Positions 48,235 to 62,188 of a stretch of DNA of 64,000 nt are shown here, piece by piece. The notes under the pieces were generated by a model. That model ran no database searches, was not told the origin of the DNA, and worked only from the letters and a program-made list of their open reading frames with translations. Position numbers and translations under genes: made by a program. Position 1 is the first letter of the stretch, and the number at the start of each line of letters is the position of its first letter. This DNA is from Octopus vulgaris (Eukaryota). The stretch lies in the NCBI GenBank assembly GCA_951406725.2, contig OX597838.1, forward strand, positions 27,962,001 to 28,026,000, in the 5' to 3' direction.

Positions 48235-48638
48235 CTGTGTAAAGAAGTGCTGATTTCACTGGAGGGAACCTGCGGTAGAGGTAGATCCAGAAAGACATGG
48301 GACATGGTGGTGAAGCATGATCTTTGAACTTTGATCCTCACAGAGGCAATGACTAGTGACTGAGACCTTTGGCAGTGTGCTGTGCTTGAGAAGACCCGTT
48401 AAGCCAAAAGCATGCCATTTGAAAAGCACTCATGTGGGTACCACGTAAATGTGCTGGCGTGGGGGCCATGTAAAAAACACCAAGGACACACTGTAAAGTG
48501 ATTGGGATTAGTAAGGGCATGCAGCTGTAGAAACCATGCCAAATCAGAGACTGGATCCTGGTACTACTCTCTGGCTTACCAGCTCTGGCTAAACTGTCCA
48601 ACCCATGCCAGCATAGAAAACGGATGTTAAATGATGAT
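48233..48638 (+). mobile_element. 5'-truncated RTE LINE (ORF C-terminus + 3' UTR)
   Basis: Matches 51786-52156; encodes a decayed EGTCGRGRSRKTWDMVVKHDL...AMTSD.DLW segment. Confidence 0.82.
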
Positions 48639-48810
48639 TAACTAGAGCTCATTGTTTCTCTGCTTAGACATCCCTTACAAGTGTTGTCCTGTAGAAATTT
48701 AAGCAGAATGTAAACCACATTGGTTTAATAAATCTAGGAGAGCCTACAGCAGACATGAGTGCTACTCTTTGTTCTCTGATTAAATATAAAATCTGGAAAC
48801 GGAGCTTTAA

Positions 48811-49254
48811 CCCTTTAGTATTTAAACCAGCCATATCCGGCCAAAATATTTAATCTGTTTTATGTTCAAACTGACCAGATCCAGGTCCCTCACACCTACC
48901 CTACAATGTTATTCTGCATTAGGTAATTACAACATCAAGATCTTGAAGATATGAGATAATGCATGATTAATTCAAATCAATGGGAATCAATAAGCATTAT
49001 GCTTGATTGAATAATCTGAGCACTAAAGGGTTAACCCTTTAGTATTCAGATTATTCTATCAAACATAATGCTTATTTATTCACATTGATTTGAATTAATC
49101 ATGGCTTATCTCATAGCTTCGAGATTTCAATGATGTGATTGATTGTTTTTAGAATGACATTTTAGGGAACATGTGAGAGGTCAGATCTGGCTGGTCTGAA
49201 CATAAAACGGGTGGAATATTTGGGCCGGATATGGCCGGTTTAAATGCCAAAGGG
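48811..49254. mobile_element. Two family-2 piggyBac-like MITEs in inverted orientation sharing one TTAA (49031-49034)
   Basis: TTAA-48811..49030-TTAA-49035..49254-TTAA; the second element is the reverse complement of the first. Confidence 0.88.
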
Positions 49255-49745
49255 TTAAAGAGTTACTGCTTATTAGCTTCAGCTTTATTGTGTGAATCAT
49301 TTGGAAGAGAATGCTCCCAACACCTGAATAAAATGTAAAAATTTAAATGCCTCCTAATCTCTACAGGACTTTTGATGGGTAGCGTATAGTTGTGGGCTCA
49401 TGGTATTAAACAAATGAGATAGGAATTAGTCCTTAGACAAAAGGAACAAATTGATCCTGCTCTACCTACGTAATCCCTTTGGCACATTTGGAGGCCTGGG
49501 TTTCATTCTGATACCATTGTGTGAAGTGGATGGGTTGAATAGATTTTCTTTTGTATAGAATGTCTGGAATGCTGGTTAGCTATGGGTCATACACCTAGAT
49601 CTGGCATCAGTTCTTGACATCCAGGTGTACTGTGCCTGAAAGCAGTGTAGAATAAAGTGTTAACAACCTAAGAGTAGGGTCTTATCTACTTGGCCACATC
49701 TCATTCTCCCTGAAGAGGTCGATCATTAAGTCCTGTTTCCATTAA

Positions 49746-49965
49746 CCCTTTCGTTTCCAACCCGGCTGAAACCGGCTTTGGCTCTGAGTACAATTGCCTT
49801 GTTTTTATAAGTTTTGAATTAAAATCTTCTAATAAACCTTAGTCACAATTTATGTTCCTAACACTAGCTGAATGATAACTAACTTATTTTATTAAATTCT
49901 TTGTTACATTTAAAGTAATTGGAAGAAACATGAAGCATCTCAAAATAAATACAGTAACAAAAGGG
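49746..49965. mobile_element. piggyBac-like MITE family 1
   Basis: TTAA-CCCTTTCG...AAAGGG-TTAA. Confidence 0.88.
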
Positions 49966-50292
49966 TTAAGTTCTATTCCTGTTTTTAGGGCACTTCTGTG
50001 AGCTAACAAATGTTCCAACTATGTAGAGCAATAGGCTCTACATATGCCTCACAAAAATTCCTTTCCACTCCTCTTTGTTTTGGGTTCAACCTACTGAAAG
50101 TTGACCGGCTTTCATAATTTCTTCAAGGTCAGTGAATAAACAGCATAAACATATTCGAAGTTGATGCGTGCAGCTCTGGGTACCCTGTCTGCGAAAGTTA
50201 GTAGCTTTGTAGGTTAGGTAAATGAAATGATCACAATCATTCTCATCAATGTCATTGTTATAAATATCCCTTTAGTTTGGCATTAAGTACTA

Positions 50293-50480
<188 letters not shown>

Positions 50481-51027
50481 GAAGCTTAAAATAATTATTA
50501 TTCTGGTAGTAAAAGTACAAGCAGCAACATGACTGTTATACCAGTAAATGATGTGTCTACTACCATACTACTACTACTACTACCACCAGTTATGAATACC
50601 AATTATTTATAGTGTTTCTGCTTTGCTTTCTTCACCAGATCATTTCTGCAATTGTTATTAATTCTCGGCTGCTATTAGATAGTTACTAGGGAAGAGAGAG
50701 AAGGGGGGGCGGGAGGGAGGGAGGGAGGAGGTAGTCAATGAATGCAGCATGTTGTGATGTAAACCTGTTGAATATGCAGTGGAGAGAGAGAGAGAGAGCA
50801 CTTTGTTGGAGTGGGAGAGGACGAAGTGATGATATGCTGGCTCCTTTGTTTATCTTAACAATAGTCTCAATTTGTGTGCGTGTTTATAGTTCCATGCTCG
50901 TCTTTCCATATTGTGTGTTTTTTTTTTTAAATACATATTTTGCTATTACATTCCTTATTACCAAACTATATCAGGTTACATACACACGTACATACATACA
51001 CACACATATATATATATATATATATAT

Positions 51028-51358
51028 GGCTCAGTGGTTAGAGCGTCGAGCTTACGATCGTGAGGTTGTGAGCTCGAATCCCGGACCGGGCTGCATGTTG
51101 TGTTCTTGAGCAAGGCACTTTATTTCACGTTGCTCCTGTTCACTCAGCTGTAGAAATGAGTTGCGACGTCACTGGTGCCAAGCTGTATCGACCTTTGTCC
51201 TTCCCTTGGATAACACTGGTGGTGTGGAGAGGGGAGGCTGGTATGCATGGGCGACTGCTGGTCTTCCATAAACAACCTTGCCCGGACTTGTGCCTAGGAG
51301 TGTAACTTTCTAGGTGCAATCCCTTGGTCATTCATGACTGAAGGGGGTCTTTACCCTT
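51028..51358 (+). mobile_element. tRNA-derived SINE family D, young copy
   Basis: A-box GGCTCAGTGG, B-box-like GCTCGAATCCC, then tgtgttcttgagcaaggcacttt central domain; CpGs intact. Confidence 0.8.
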
Positions 51359-51365
51359 TTTTATA

Positions 51366-51592
51366 TATTTCTTTACTGCCCACAAGGGGCTAAACATAGA
51401 GGGGACAAACAAGGACAGACAAAGGGAGTAAGTCGATTACATCGACCCCAGTGCGAAACTGGTACTTTATTTATCAACCCCGAAAGGATGAAAGGTAAAG
51501 TCGACCTCGGCAGAATTTGAACTCAGAACGTAACGACAGACGAAATACCGCTAAATATTTCACCCGGCTCGCTAACGTTTCTGCCAGCTCGC

Positions 51593-51593
<1 letters not shown>
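51366..51593 (-). mobile_element. SINE family B, young copy
   Basis: Matches 28621-28853. Confidence 0.85.
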
Positions 51594-51649
<56 letters not shown>

Positions 51650-51650
<1 letters not shown>

Positions 51651-52156
51651 GGATGTGCAATGTCAGTGTGCATGTTCAACAGTGTAAGCATCTTGAGAGA
51701 AAAGTTGGGCATAAGAGACATCAGATGTGGTGTGCAAGAGAGGTGACTGCGCTGGCATGATCATGTGATGTGTATGGACGAGGACAGCTGTGTAAAGAAG
51801 TGCTGATTTCACTGTGGAGGGAACCTGTGGTAGAGGTAGATCCAGGGAGACATGGGACAATGTGGTGAAGCATAATCTTAGAACGTTGATCCTCACAGAG
51901 GCAATGACTAGTGACTGAGACCTTTGGCGATGTGCTGTGCTTGAGAAGACCCATCAAACCAAGTAAAGCAGTTATGGCAGATACTGGTGGCATGTAAAAG
52001 CACCCATTACACTCTAGGAGTGGTTGGCATCAGTTTCTAGAGCTGGATACCCTTCCTATATTAAATCAGACTGGAGTCTGGTGCTGCCTTCCAACTTGCC
52101 AGCCCTAATCAAACCATCCAACCCACACCAGCATGGACAGTGGCCACTAAATGATA
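51650..52156 (+). mobile_element. 5'-truncated RTE-clade LINE (decayed ORF C-terminus + 3' UTR)
   Basis: Across frameshifts and stops: WMCNVS...LREKLGIRDIRCGVQER.LRWHDHVMCMDEDSCVKKC...GRGRSRETWDNVVKHNL...DLWR, the typical RTE C-terminal signature. Confidence 0.85.
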
Positions 52157-52328
52157 ATTTTATTTATTTATATATATATATATATATGATTTCACTTAGC
52201 CAAACCAATTCTAGTAGCCAGTTGTTAGAACTTACACACACACACACATACACACATACACACACACACACATACACACACACACACATACACACACACA
52301 TACACACACACACATACACACACACATA

Positions 52329-52553
52329 TGAGGGGGTGTGCTGAAAAGTTCCTGCCATTAATGGTGTCATGAAAGGCCTGGTTGGAGGCCCAACCTTCTG
52401 AGTTCTTTTACAGGGTTTAGAAAAGCTGAAGGATCCTGTAATAAGTAATAAGTATGTGAATCCAAGAGGGAAATACGTTGGATAAAATCGTAATTAGCTG
52501 ATCTTCCTGTATTTTCTTTAAGTCAAAGCCAGGAATTTTTCAGCACCCCCTTG
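52329..52553. mobile_element. Mariner-derived MITE
   Basis: TA-tgagggggtgtgctgaaaagttcctg...caggaatttttcagcacccccttg-TA. Confidence 0.8.
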
Positions 52554-53095
52554 TATGTATGTATGTATGTATATATAATCATCATTGTCGTTTAATGTTT
52601 AGTGATACAAGCTGAAAAGACTGAGGCTGATCCATTGACCTGATGAAACAAAATGTTTTGAAATGTAATAACCAATCAGAAATCGTCTTTCAGTACATAT
52701 ACTGATGCAGTAGTTTTAGGCATTTAGTTCTTTCTTTTCTACAAGCACCCTTCAATTTCAATCTGAATATAAAAAAAAAAATTTAGGTCTTTTTGGCTAC
52801 ACATATCAAAGCACTTCATTGCACATTAATCCAGTTAATTGCGCAGAAAATAAGTACCAGCTTTATGTGAGTGCAGTCTTTTCTCCTTCCAGCTGTTACA
52901 TTGTGAATGTGGGTTAGGTAAATTAAAAATAATTATGATCATTTTTGTTTGGTGTCATTGTCAAATGTTAGGAGATCAAATGCTGGGAGAGTCGATTGTG
53001 TGTGTATGTGTCTGTCTGGTATTGATTACATAGGCACCTGAAACAATTAGTGAAAGCATGGTACATATGCTCCATGCCCATATTTATGAGTGATG

Positions 53096-53390
53096 ACTGG
53101 TCATCACTCATTGTTCGACCGTGGTCGAGACAATGGAATTTACCATGCTACGCCAGACTTCACGGTCCATCATGGCATTACGAAGGTCCCGTTGCTGGAT
53201 GCCTGTATCCCTGGAGATTACATCAGGGTAGGAGAGTGTGCACCCTCTGGTATTGCGAGTAGATGGCTTCCAGAGGAGAAGAGTAGAAATTACCTCTTTT
53301 TCAGCTCTACAACAATGTCCAGCAAACTGGACTCTCTTACCTTTCACAAGAAATTACACAGGTGGTAGTTTCCCATATATTTGCATTTGA
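53096..53390 (-). mobile_element. 3' end of a second RTE-like LINE family
   Basis: QIYGKLPP...KRVQFAGHCCRAEKEVISTLLLWKP...YPDVISRDTG...MMDREVWR; the ORF stops directly into a TGA-repeat tail. Confidence 0.8.
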
Positions 53391-55821
53391 CTGGTAGGTT
53401 TTTATGGTTGGAATGGCATCCAGCTGTGGAAACCATGCCAAATCAGTCTATGGAACTTGGTGTGGCTCCTTGCTTTGCCAGCTCCTATCAAACCATCCAA
53501 CCCATGCCAACATGGAAAACGGATGTCAAATGATGATGAGCAGCTTTGGTTAGAGAAGGTTTTAGCCACATCACAGCTTCCTTTTAGTTTCCACTCCATT
53601 GCTTCATACTCAATCTCTGAGGTCAACCTCCCTTGACCAGGAATGGTTTCATGTGTTCTCTTGGTGTTTCAGAAGCATTGTAGAAACTTGATAGTGCAGG
53701 GCTGCTAGCTCTACACCTTTCTCAGCTGGGCTTGGAACAAGCTATGGTAGTCTTCATAGCATGGAGAAAGTCCACAGAAACTAAAGTACTAGCTTGTGAT
53801 TACACCTGGGGACAACAGCTATCCATTGCCAAAGACTGAGAGAGATGAGGATCTTTTGGTGTCCTATGCTCCATAAGGAGTTAAAGGATTAAGAAGATAA
53901 ATCTAGCATTTTGAAAACACTCTCCCATCAAAGCCAGCTTTTTTGTGGGCTCTTGAATCAATTTCAGACTGCTTTCTGATTATGGGCTGCATTTTGTTGC
54001 TGTGTAGCTTCTATGATAGATCTGTTTTAGTAGACTCACAGTCAAAGGTGTTCCGTTCATGAACAACCAGTCATTTTTTGTATGGTGCAAACATGGCCGT
54101 GTGGTTAAGAAGCTTGCTTTGCATTCATGTGGTTTCAGGTTCAGTCCCACTGCACAGCACCTTGGGCAAGTGTCTTCTACTTTAACACCAGGCTTACCAA
54201 TGCCTTGTGGGTGAATTTGGAAGATGGAAACTGCATGGAAGCCTGTTTGTGTACATGCACATACGTGTGTGTGTGTGTGTGTATATATACATGCACATAC
54301 ACGTGTGTGTCTGTGTGTTTGTGTTGGGCAGTTAAAGTATGATAGAGGGGCATCTGTTTATGACAAGGGATCCAGTTGTTTGATCAACTGAACTTCCAGG
54401 TCATAGAATCAGCATATAAGTGGCAGAGTATTCCACAGATACTTGTACCATTAATGTAATTCTCAGGCAGAATGAGCATGACACTGTGTGGATAAATCTA
54501 TACCATGTGAATTACTGGTACAATCTGACATTTTAGGTCTACCTAGTTTTTCATTCACAAGGTATAGGTCGAGCCAAGGTTGTAGAAATTGATGCATACC
54601 CAAGATGCTGTGTGGTGGGATTGAACCCTGGAACATATGGGCTGCAAAGTGAACTTTGTAACCATTCATCCAAAGTACTGTACTTTAATAATAAGGCCTG
54701 CTAATCAGAGCTGCCCTAAAGGTAAACAACAAAATCTATGATAATCCTAAGTTTTATGAGAATTATTTACATATTTTGCTTTTCTTCGCTGTTGTGGTTG
54801 ATGAAATACTTATTTCCGTCACTGCCCTTCCCTATCTGTTGGATTCAGTCATCAATAACAATTTTGTTAGATTTGGGAAGAGCACATGGTTGTTATAGGA
54901 CTCCCAGATCAGCTCTGATTCAGCTCACTTACTATCTAAATCATTCTAATTGTGACCACCTCATCTTTGTTATTTATTTATTCAGGTAGTATGGCTGTGT
55001 GCTTAAAAAGTTCACTTTGGGGCTATGTAGATGGGGGTTCTGTCCCACTGTGTCGACACTGTCAGCTGGGATTCCGTACTATAGCTGTGGGTTGGACAAT
55101 GTGATATGGAATTGGTAAACAAAAACTGAAGAGGCTTGTAGTGTGTATCATCACCATCATCATTAGTAAGGGGTCTCTTATTTCACATGATTTTGAAGGA
55201 ACAGTGTCAGTGGATGATGACAATATTACTACTTATACCTTATAAACATACAATCACGCACACATGCATGAGCACATAATCATATGCATGTGCATGCATG
55301 GGCATAGCTGTGTGGTTAGGGAGCTTGCTTCCTAGCTACATGGTTTCGGGTTCAGTCCCACTGCGTGGCACTTTGGGCAGGTGTCTTCCCCTATAGCCCC
55401 GAGTTGATCGAAGCTTTGTGATTGAATTCGGTAGGTGGAAGTTACTGCCGTGTGTGTATGTGTGCGTATAGCTGCTCAGTGCCTCTCCGAAAGAGAGAGA
55501 GGGATACATACATCATACATACATACATACATGTGTGTGTGTATGTGTGTATATGCATACATACATATATGCATACATACATATATGCATACATAAGGTG
55601 TGTGTGTTTATTTTTTTTTAAAGCTTAAACAATACAAGTTATAAAGTAATACAGTTATTATTTATGGATACTAACTTTTCTCCAAATACTTTCTGGGGAA
55701 GGGCTCACAATCCTGAAATATTGAAGTATCAGGTAAAACTATCCACCTGTATTATTTTGTAACTTGCATTAAAAAAAATGAGCAAAAATATTTATCTGCT
55801 TCATGAAAACTATACTAGTCA

Positions 55822-55890
<69 letters not shown>

Positions 55891-55893
55891 GTA

Positions 55894-56295
55894 GGCATAG
55901 GAGTGGCTGTGTGGTAAGTAGCTTACTTATCAACCACATGGTTCCGGGTTCAGTCCCACTGCATGGCACCTTGGGCAAGTGTCTTCTACTACAGCTTCGG
56001 GCCAACCAAAGCCTTGTGAGTGGATTTGGTAGATGGAAACTGAAAGAAGCCTGTTGTATATATGTATGTATATATGTATGTGTGTGTGTGTGTATATGTT
56101 TGTGTGTCTGTGTTTGTCCCCCCCAACATTGCTTGACAAGCGGTGTGTTTATGTCCCCGTAACTTAGCAGTTCGGCAAAAGAAACTGATAGAATAAGTCC
56201 TGGGGTTGATTTGCTCGACCAAAGGCGGTGCTCCAGCATGGCCACAGTCACATGACTGAAACAAGTAAAAGAGTAAAGAGTAAAAGAGTAAGAGT
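55894..56295 (+). mobile_element. SINE family A
   Basis: Near-identical to 36366-36770. Confidence 0.88.
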
Positions 56296-57389
56296 ATATG
56301 GTGGTTGTCTACTCTTTATGCAGAGTTTGACTCCCTCCTGTACCTACACCTGAGATCCATCATGGCATCTGATGTGGCTTTTAAACCAGACAATGTTCTG
56401 AAAAGACACCCATGTATTCTGTACATTTGATTTGGACCATCAAGAGCAGCAGATAACAATGGACTTCTTTAAGTTTCTGTTAACCAATACAATGTATATT
56501 CTTAGAAAATGGTCATGAAAGGGTTGATGGTAACAAGGGGTTGGCATGAACCAGTGAGGGAGCCTTTTTGTAGTTGCTTGATCTGCAAGTAATAGCAACC
56601 AAATTTCAGGCAACCACATGCTATTTCTTCAAGAAAGGAAGGACGCCTTGATCATTGTAGTGGTAGATATGTACATGAGAAGACCAAGATGAGGTTGGTC
56701 GTAACTGAAATGCTTTTGATCATGGACCTACTCAGTCAGATTTGACCTGGGATTAAACAGTAATTTTAAAGAAAATGCTAAAAAAAGAAGGGAAAAAATT
56801 GGTTGTGGATTATAAGAAGCATGCTTTGTAACCACTTGGCTTTGGGTTCAGTTCCACTGTATGGCACCTCAGACAAGTGTCTTTATTATCACCCAAGGGC
56901 AACCAATGCTTTGTGAGTGAATTTGGCTAACAGAAACTGTGTGGAAGCCCATCATATGTGTATCTTTGTGTTTGTATATGTCCCTTTTACGTATGTCCTC
57001 CTTCTGACTGACAACTGGGGTTTGTTTAATGTCCCCATTGTGCAACTAAGAGGTTTGGCAAAAGAGGCCAATGGAATAAGTATCAGATTTAGAGTACCTA
57101 GTGGGAGTGATTTGTTTGACCCTCCCTTCAGCAAAGTGCCCTAGCATGGCTGCAGTAGAATGACTGAAACGAGTAAAAGATGGAAGATAACTGGGGGGCA
57201 AAATCTTGGCCTAAATTAATCAGCTGTTTTCATATTTTAACTTGACAATTGTTTTAGCCAATGGATTTCAGAGGTCAGGAGTACACAGCAGTTCTTGTAA
57301 AAAAAACAAACAAACCAAAAAACAACCCCCCACTCTGTCTTTCTCTCTCTCATTGTTGTCATATGGAATGTTAAAAATCTAATGTCATA

Positions 57390-57780
57390 GGCGAAGGAGT
57401 GGCTGTGTGGTAAGTAGCTTGCTTACCAACCGCATGGTACCGGGTTCAGTCCCACTGCGTGGCACCTTGGGCAAGTGTCTTCTACTATAGCCTCGGGCCG
57501 ACCAAAGCCTTGTGAGTGGATTTGGTAGACGGAAACTGAAAGAAGCCTGTCGTATATATGTATATATATATATGTATGTGTGTGTATGTTTGTGTGTCTG
57601 TGTTTGTCCCCCTAGCATTGCTTGACAACCGATGCTGGTGTGTTTGCGTCCCCGTCACTTAGCGGTTCGGCAAAAGAGACCGATAGAATAAGTACTGGGC
57701 TTACAAAGATTAAGTCCCGGGGTCGAGTTGCTCGATTAAAGGCGGTGCTCCAGCATGGCCGTAGTCAACAAGTAAAAGAG
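57390..57780 (+). mobile_element. SINE family A
   Basis: Near-identical to 36366-36770. Confidence 0.9.
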
Positions 57781-58222
57781 TATAGTTTCTATACCTCATC
57801 TCTGTAAATAGCCATGATATGGCTGAGTGTCCCTAAGGTGTATTGAAGTAGTGTCTTTTGAGTTGAAGCTCATGGGAACAACTGTTCATACATTCTTCTA
57901 GGAACTATACCTCATTGTGTTTGGAGGAATAGGCGGCAGAGTGTATAATTTTAATGTTCATTTCTCATGCATTAGATGAAATTTGTCAAGGCATATTTTT
58001 TAGGGTTGGATTCACAACTAATCCTTACCTGTTTTTAAGTGAGGTAATATAATCCTTTGATCACAAACAACATATTGGTTTCACATGATTTCACAGATTA
58101 GATTGCAAATGAAAGGCACAACTTGTATGTGGCATTCAGTTACAACTAGCATGCAAATGACAAGGAGACATGAACTATGCACACACACACACACACACAC
58201 ACACATTGGTACAAAAATATGT

Positions 58223-58682
58223 ACTCTCTTTTACTTGTTTCAGTCATTTGACTGTGGCCATGCTGGAGCACTGCCTTTAGTCGAGCAACTCGACCCCGGG
58301 ACTTATTCTTTGTAAGCCCAATATTTTGAATAATTTTCCCGTTCACAGCTCTTCAGGAATGTTTCTTTATCGAACGTTGGGTCTATCGGTCTCTTTTGCC
58401 TAACCGTTAAGTAACGGGGGACATATACACACCAACATTGGTTGTCAAGCAATGCTAGGGGGACAAACACAGACACACAAACATACATGCACACACACAT
58501 ATATATATATACATATATATGACGGGCTTCTTTCAGTTTTCGTCTACCAAATCCACTCACAAGGCTTTGGTCGGCCCGAGGCTATAGTAGAAGACTCTTG
58601 CCCAAGGTGCCACGCAGTGGGACTGAACCCGGAACCATGTGGTTGGTTAGCAAGCTACTTACTACACAGCCACTCCTGCGCC
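58223..58682 (-). mobile_element. SINE family A with a ~60-bp foreign insert (58321-58382)
   Basis: Reverse complement of SINE-A; atattttgaa...cgttggg replaces gtacttat. Confidence 0.85.
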
Positions 58683-59898
58683 TGTATATATTTATATTTT
58701 GAATAGTATTGCCCAGGTGTCAAAACCACAGGCATATCTGTTTGGGCAGCTGATGATGAGCATACACATGTTCAATTGTGAATTTCTTATATTTTAGTCT
58801 TGTTATTCTGGGGGTTGTCCCTTCATTCTTGTAAAGTGAAAAGTGTTTGTGGATTCATAGCTTGTGGGGATCGCTACTTTGGCATCGTTTGGTTTTCTTC
58901 ATAGGTAACCTAATTAGGCATTGAACAATGCTTAGATATTGGTGTCTAGTTTGTTTATATATATATATATATGTTATATTATGCTCACATGCACTAGATT
59001 TGCTACCTGGCATTACCTGGTAAATAGCAGTTTATTGAATGGGAATCATGTTACTTATAAATATGTCTTTAATCTAAATTCTGGGTTTCTTTTTAAAACC
59101 CTGTAGAATTTAAATCAGCCAAATCTGGCCCAAATTTCTACCTGTTTTATGTTCAAACTGGCCAGACCCAGCCTCTCGCACCTACCCTACAATGTCATTG
59201 AAATCTTTGTCTGAAAAGGGGTATTGATAATGCTGTCTGAATTAAAGAAGACAACTCCACCTTATTGACTGAAACTGGAAAATTCCTATTCTGTATATAT
59301 CATCATTTAACATCCTGCTTTCTATACTGGCATGGGTTAGATGGCTTGACAAGGACATAGCCAGAAGGCTGTGCCAGATTCTGTGTCTGCTTTGGCATAG
59401 TTTCTACAGCTGAGTGCTCTTCCTAATGCCTACCATCTAACATGATAGGTGTGTGTATGGGTCTTTGTGTCTGTGTTTGTCCCCCACACTCACCTACTTC
59501 ACCAATTGACAACAGTTGGTGGTTTGTTTACATCCCCATAACTTTGCTGTCCAGCAAAAGAGACTGATAAAATAATTACCAGGCTTAAAAAAAAAGAAAG
59601 AAACTAATGGGATTGATTCATATGACCAAAATTCTTCAAGGCAGTGCCCCAGTATACCTGCAGTCTAATGACTCAAATAAGATATATTAGACACACACAC
59701 ACATACACGGGCTTCTCTCAGTTTGTCTACCAAATCTACTCATGCAAATTTTCTAGAACCAGGAGGCACTTCTCCAAGGTACTGTGCAATGGTATTGAAC
59801 CTGAAACTACATAGTTACAAATTTCTTTCTTTAACAATACAGCCATAATGACACTGAGATTAGCTGCAGTAGGGCCAGTGTCCAGTGTTAGATTGTTA

Positions 59899-59932
<34 letters not shown>

Positions 59933-60344
59933 CATCATCATCATTTAACGTCCGTTCTCCATGCTAGCATGGGTTGGACGGTTCAACCGGGGATCTGGGA
60001 AGCCAGAAGGCTACACACACACATGTATGATGGACTCTCCCTCGAAGATGATGTTGAAGTATGGGTGTTCAGCTGTTGCTGAATGACCTGCACATTATAA
60101 TTTGTTTATAATGATTGAATGCATGTGCTGCATATTAGCTCACTCCTTCCATCGGATTGATGTGGCCTGAAGAAGTGCATGGTGTACCATGCATCAGATG
60201 TCGAAGTGATTTCAGAGCAATGTGAGATGAAGTGGTTTGCTCAAAAGCTCAACTACCCCACCCAGTCTAGGGGTTGACACCACGATCTCACAATCCCGAG
60301 TACAACACACACCCTAACCACTTAGCCATGTGTCCTCATGCATG

Positions 60345-60532
60345 CATACACAACACACATACACAACACACATACACAACACACATACACAACACACATA
60401 CACAACACACATACACAACACACATACACAACACATACATACACACACATGCACACAACACACACACACACACACATACACATACACACACATACACATA
60501 CACACACATACACATACACACACATACACACA

Positions 60533-60603
<71 letters not shown>

Positions 60604-60622
60604 ACACACACACACACACACA
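60345..60622. repeat. 13-bp (caacacacataca)n repeat grading into (CA)n
   Basis: Direct reading. Confidence 0.9.
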
Positions 60623-61762
60623 ATCTGTAAATAATGCCCTGATATTAAGACTATTTTCTTCAGTCAATACATATTATTTACAGAATTGTCACTCAGTACT
60701 GACTGTGTTTCGGCAAAAGAGACCGATAGAATAAGTACTGGGCTTACAAAGAATAAGTCCCGGGGTCGAGTTGCTCGATTAAAGGTGGTGCACCAGCATG
60801 GCCGCAGTCAAAATGACTGAAACAAGTAAAAAGAGAAAAAGAGAAAGAGAGTACTGACTGCAGTACTTGGTGGGTTCTTTATTTTTATCAATCACAAGGA
60901 GATGAAAGGAAAAGTTGACTTTGATAGAATTTGGTGAATTCCAGCAGCACAGTATAGAAATGTTCCAGTAATTCTTGTAATCCACTCCCTTCTGTGTTGG
61001 TGGTGGCAGTTATGTTTCAAGGGAAACTGTTTTGACAATCTGTTATTTAATATAGAAATGACTAGCATGTTTATTATTTGTGTTCCATCACATCCTGCTT
61101 TGTGTAATCCTGTTCAGAGAAGATGGCCTTCAACCCAAACTGACTGAGATCATGTAGGATTGTTTTGGTCTTAAACAATTATTATAGAAGCAGGCTTGGC
61201 TGTATCATTAAGAAGCTTGCTTTGTATCCCTATAATTTTGGGTTCAGTCCCACTGTGCAGCACCTCGGGCAAATGTTTTCTACTAGAGCCTTGGGCCAAC
61301 TATTTCCTTGTGAATGAATTTAATAGATAAACTGTGGAGGCCCACTATCCTTAAATCCTGAAAAATGTTTTAGCCCGAAGGCTGCGGCCATGCTGGGGCA
61401 CCACCGCTGAGTGATGTCATTATGTGTGTCTTTTTATTCTATGTTTGACCTCCCATATTGTTCGACGACTGATGTTGGTTTGTTTATGTCCCTTTAACTT
61501 AGAGATTCAGTAAAATAGACCGACCAATAGAATAAGTACCGGACTCAAAAAGTAAGTATTGGGGTTGGAGGTATTGATTTGTTTTGACTAAATGCCTTCA
61601 AGGCAGTGACTTGGCATGGCCACAATCCAATGACTAAAACAAACAAAAGATAAAAACATTAAAAAAACCCACTCATTCTGTTTCTACTTTAAATGTTTGT
61701 AATTTCGTATATATTTTCAGTCTGGATGAATGTTTTAGGAAATTCATATTATTCATTTATAA

Positions 61763-62135
61763 CAGTGGTTCCCAAAGTGGGCAGTATTGCCCTTTTGAGG
61801 GTGGTGGAAAGTTCGAAGGGGGCATTGAAGAAAAGTGGGGGATAATGGGGAAGCAATTCATGTAAAAAGTGGGGTGATCATTGGGTAGCGATTCATGTAA
61901 AAACAACAAAATAATAGGTTCATTACTCATTACTCATTACTCGTTTACTCGTTTGACTGTGGCCATGCTGGAGCACCGCCTTTAATCGAGCAATTCGACC
62001 CCGGGACTTATTCTTTGTAAGCCCAGTACTTATTCTATCGGTCTCTTTTGCCGAACCGCTAAGTAATGGGGACATAAATACACCAGCATCGGTTGTCAAG
62101 CAATGCTAGGGGGACAAACACAGACACACAAACAC

Positions 62136-62188
<53 letters not shown>

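Noticed and set aside
51028-51085. tRNA-like sequence
   Set aside because: It is a SINE head: no complete acceptor stem, and it continues into a SINE body.
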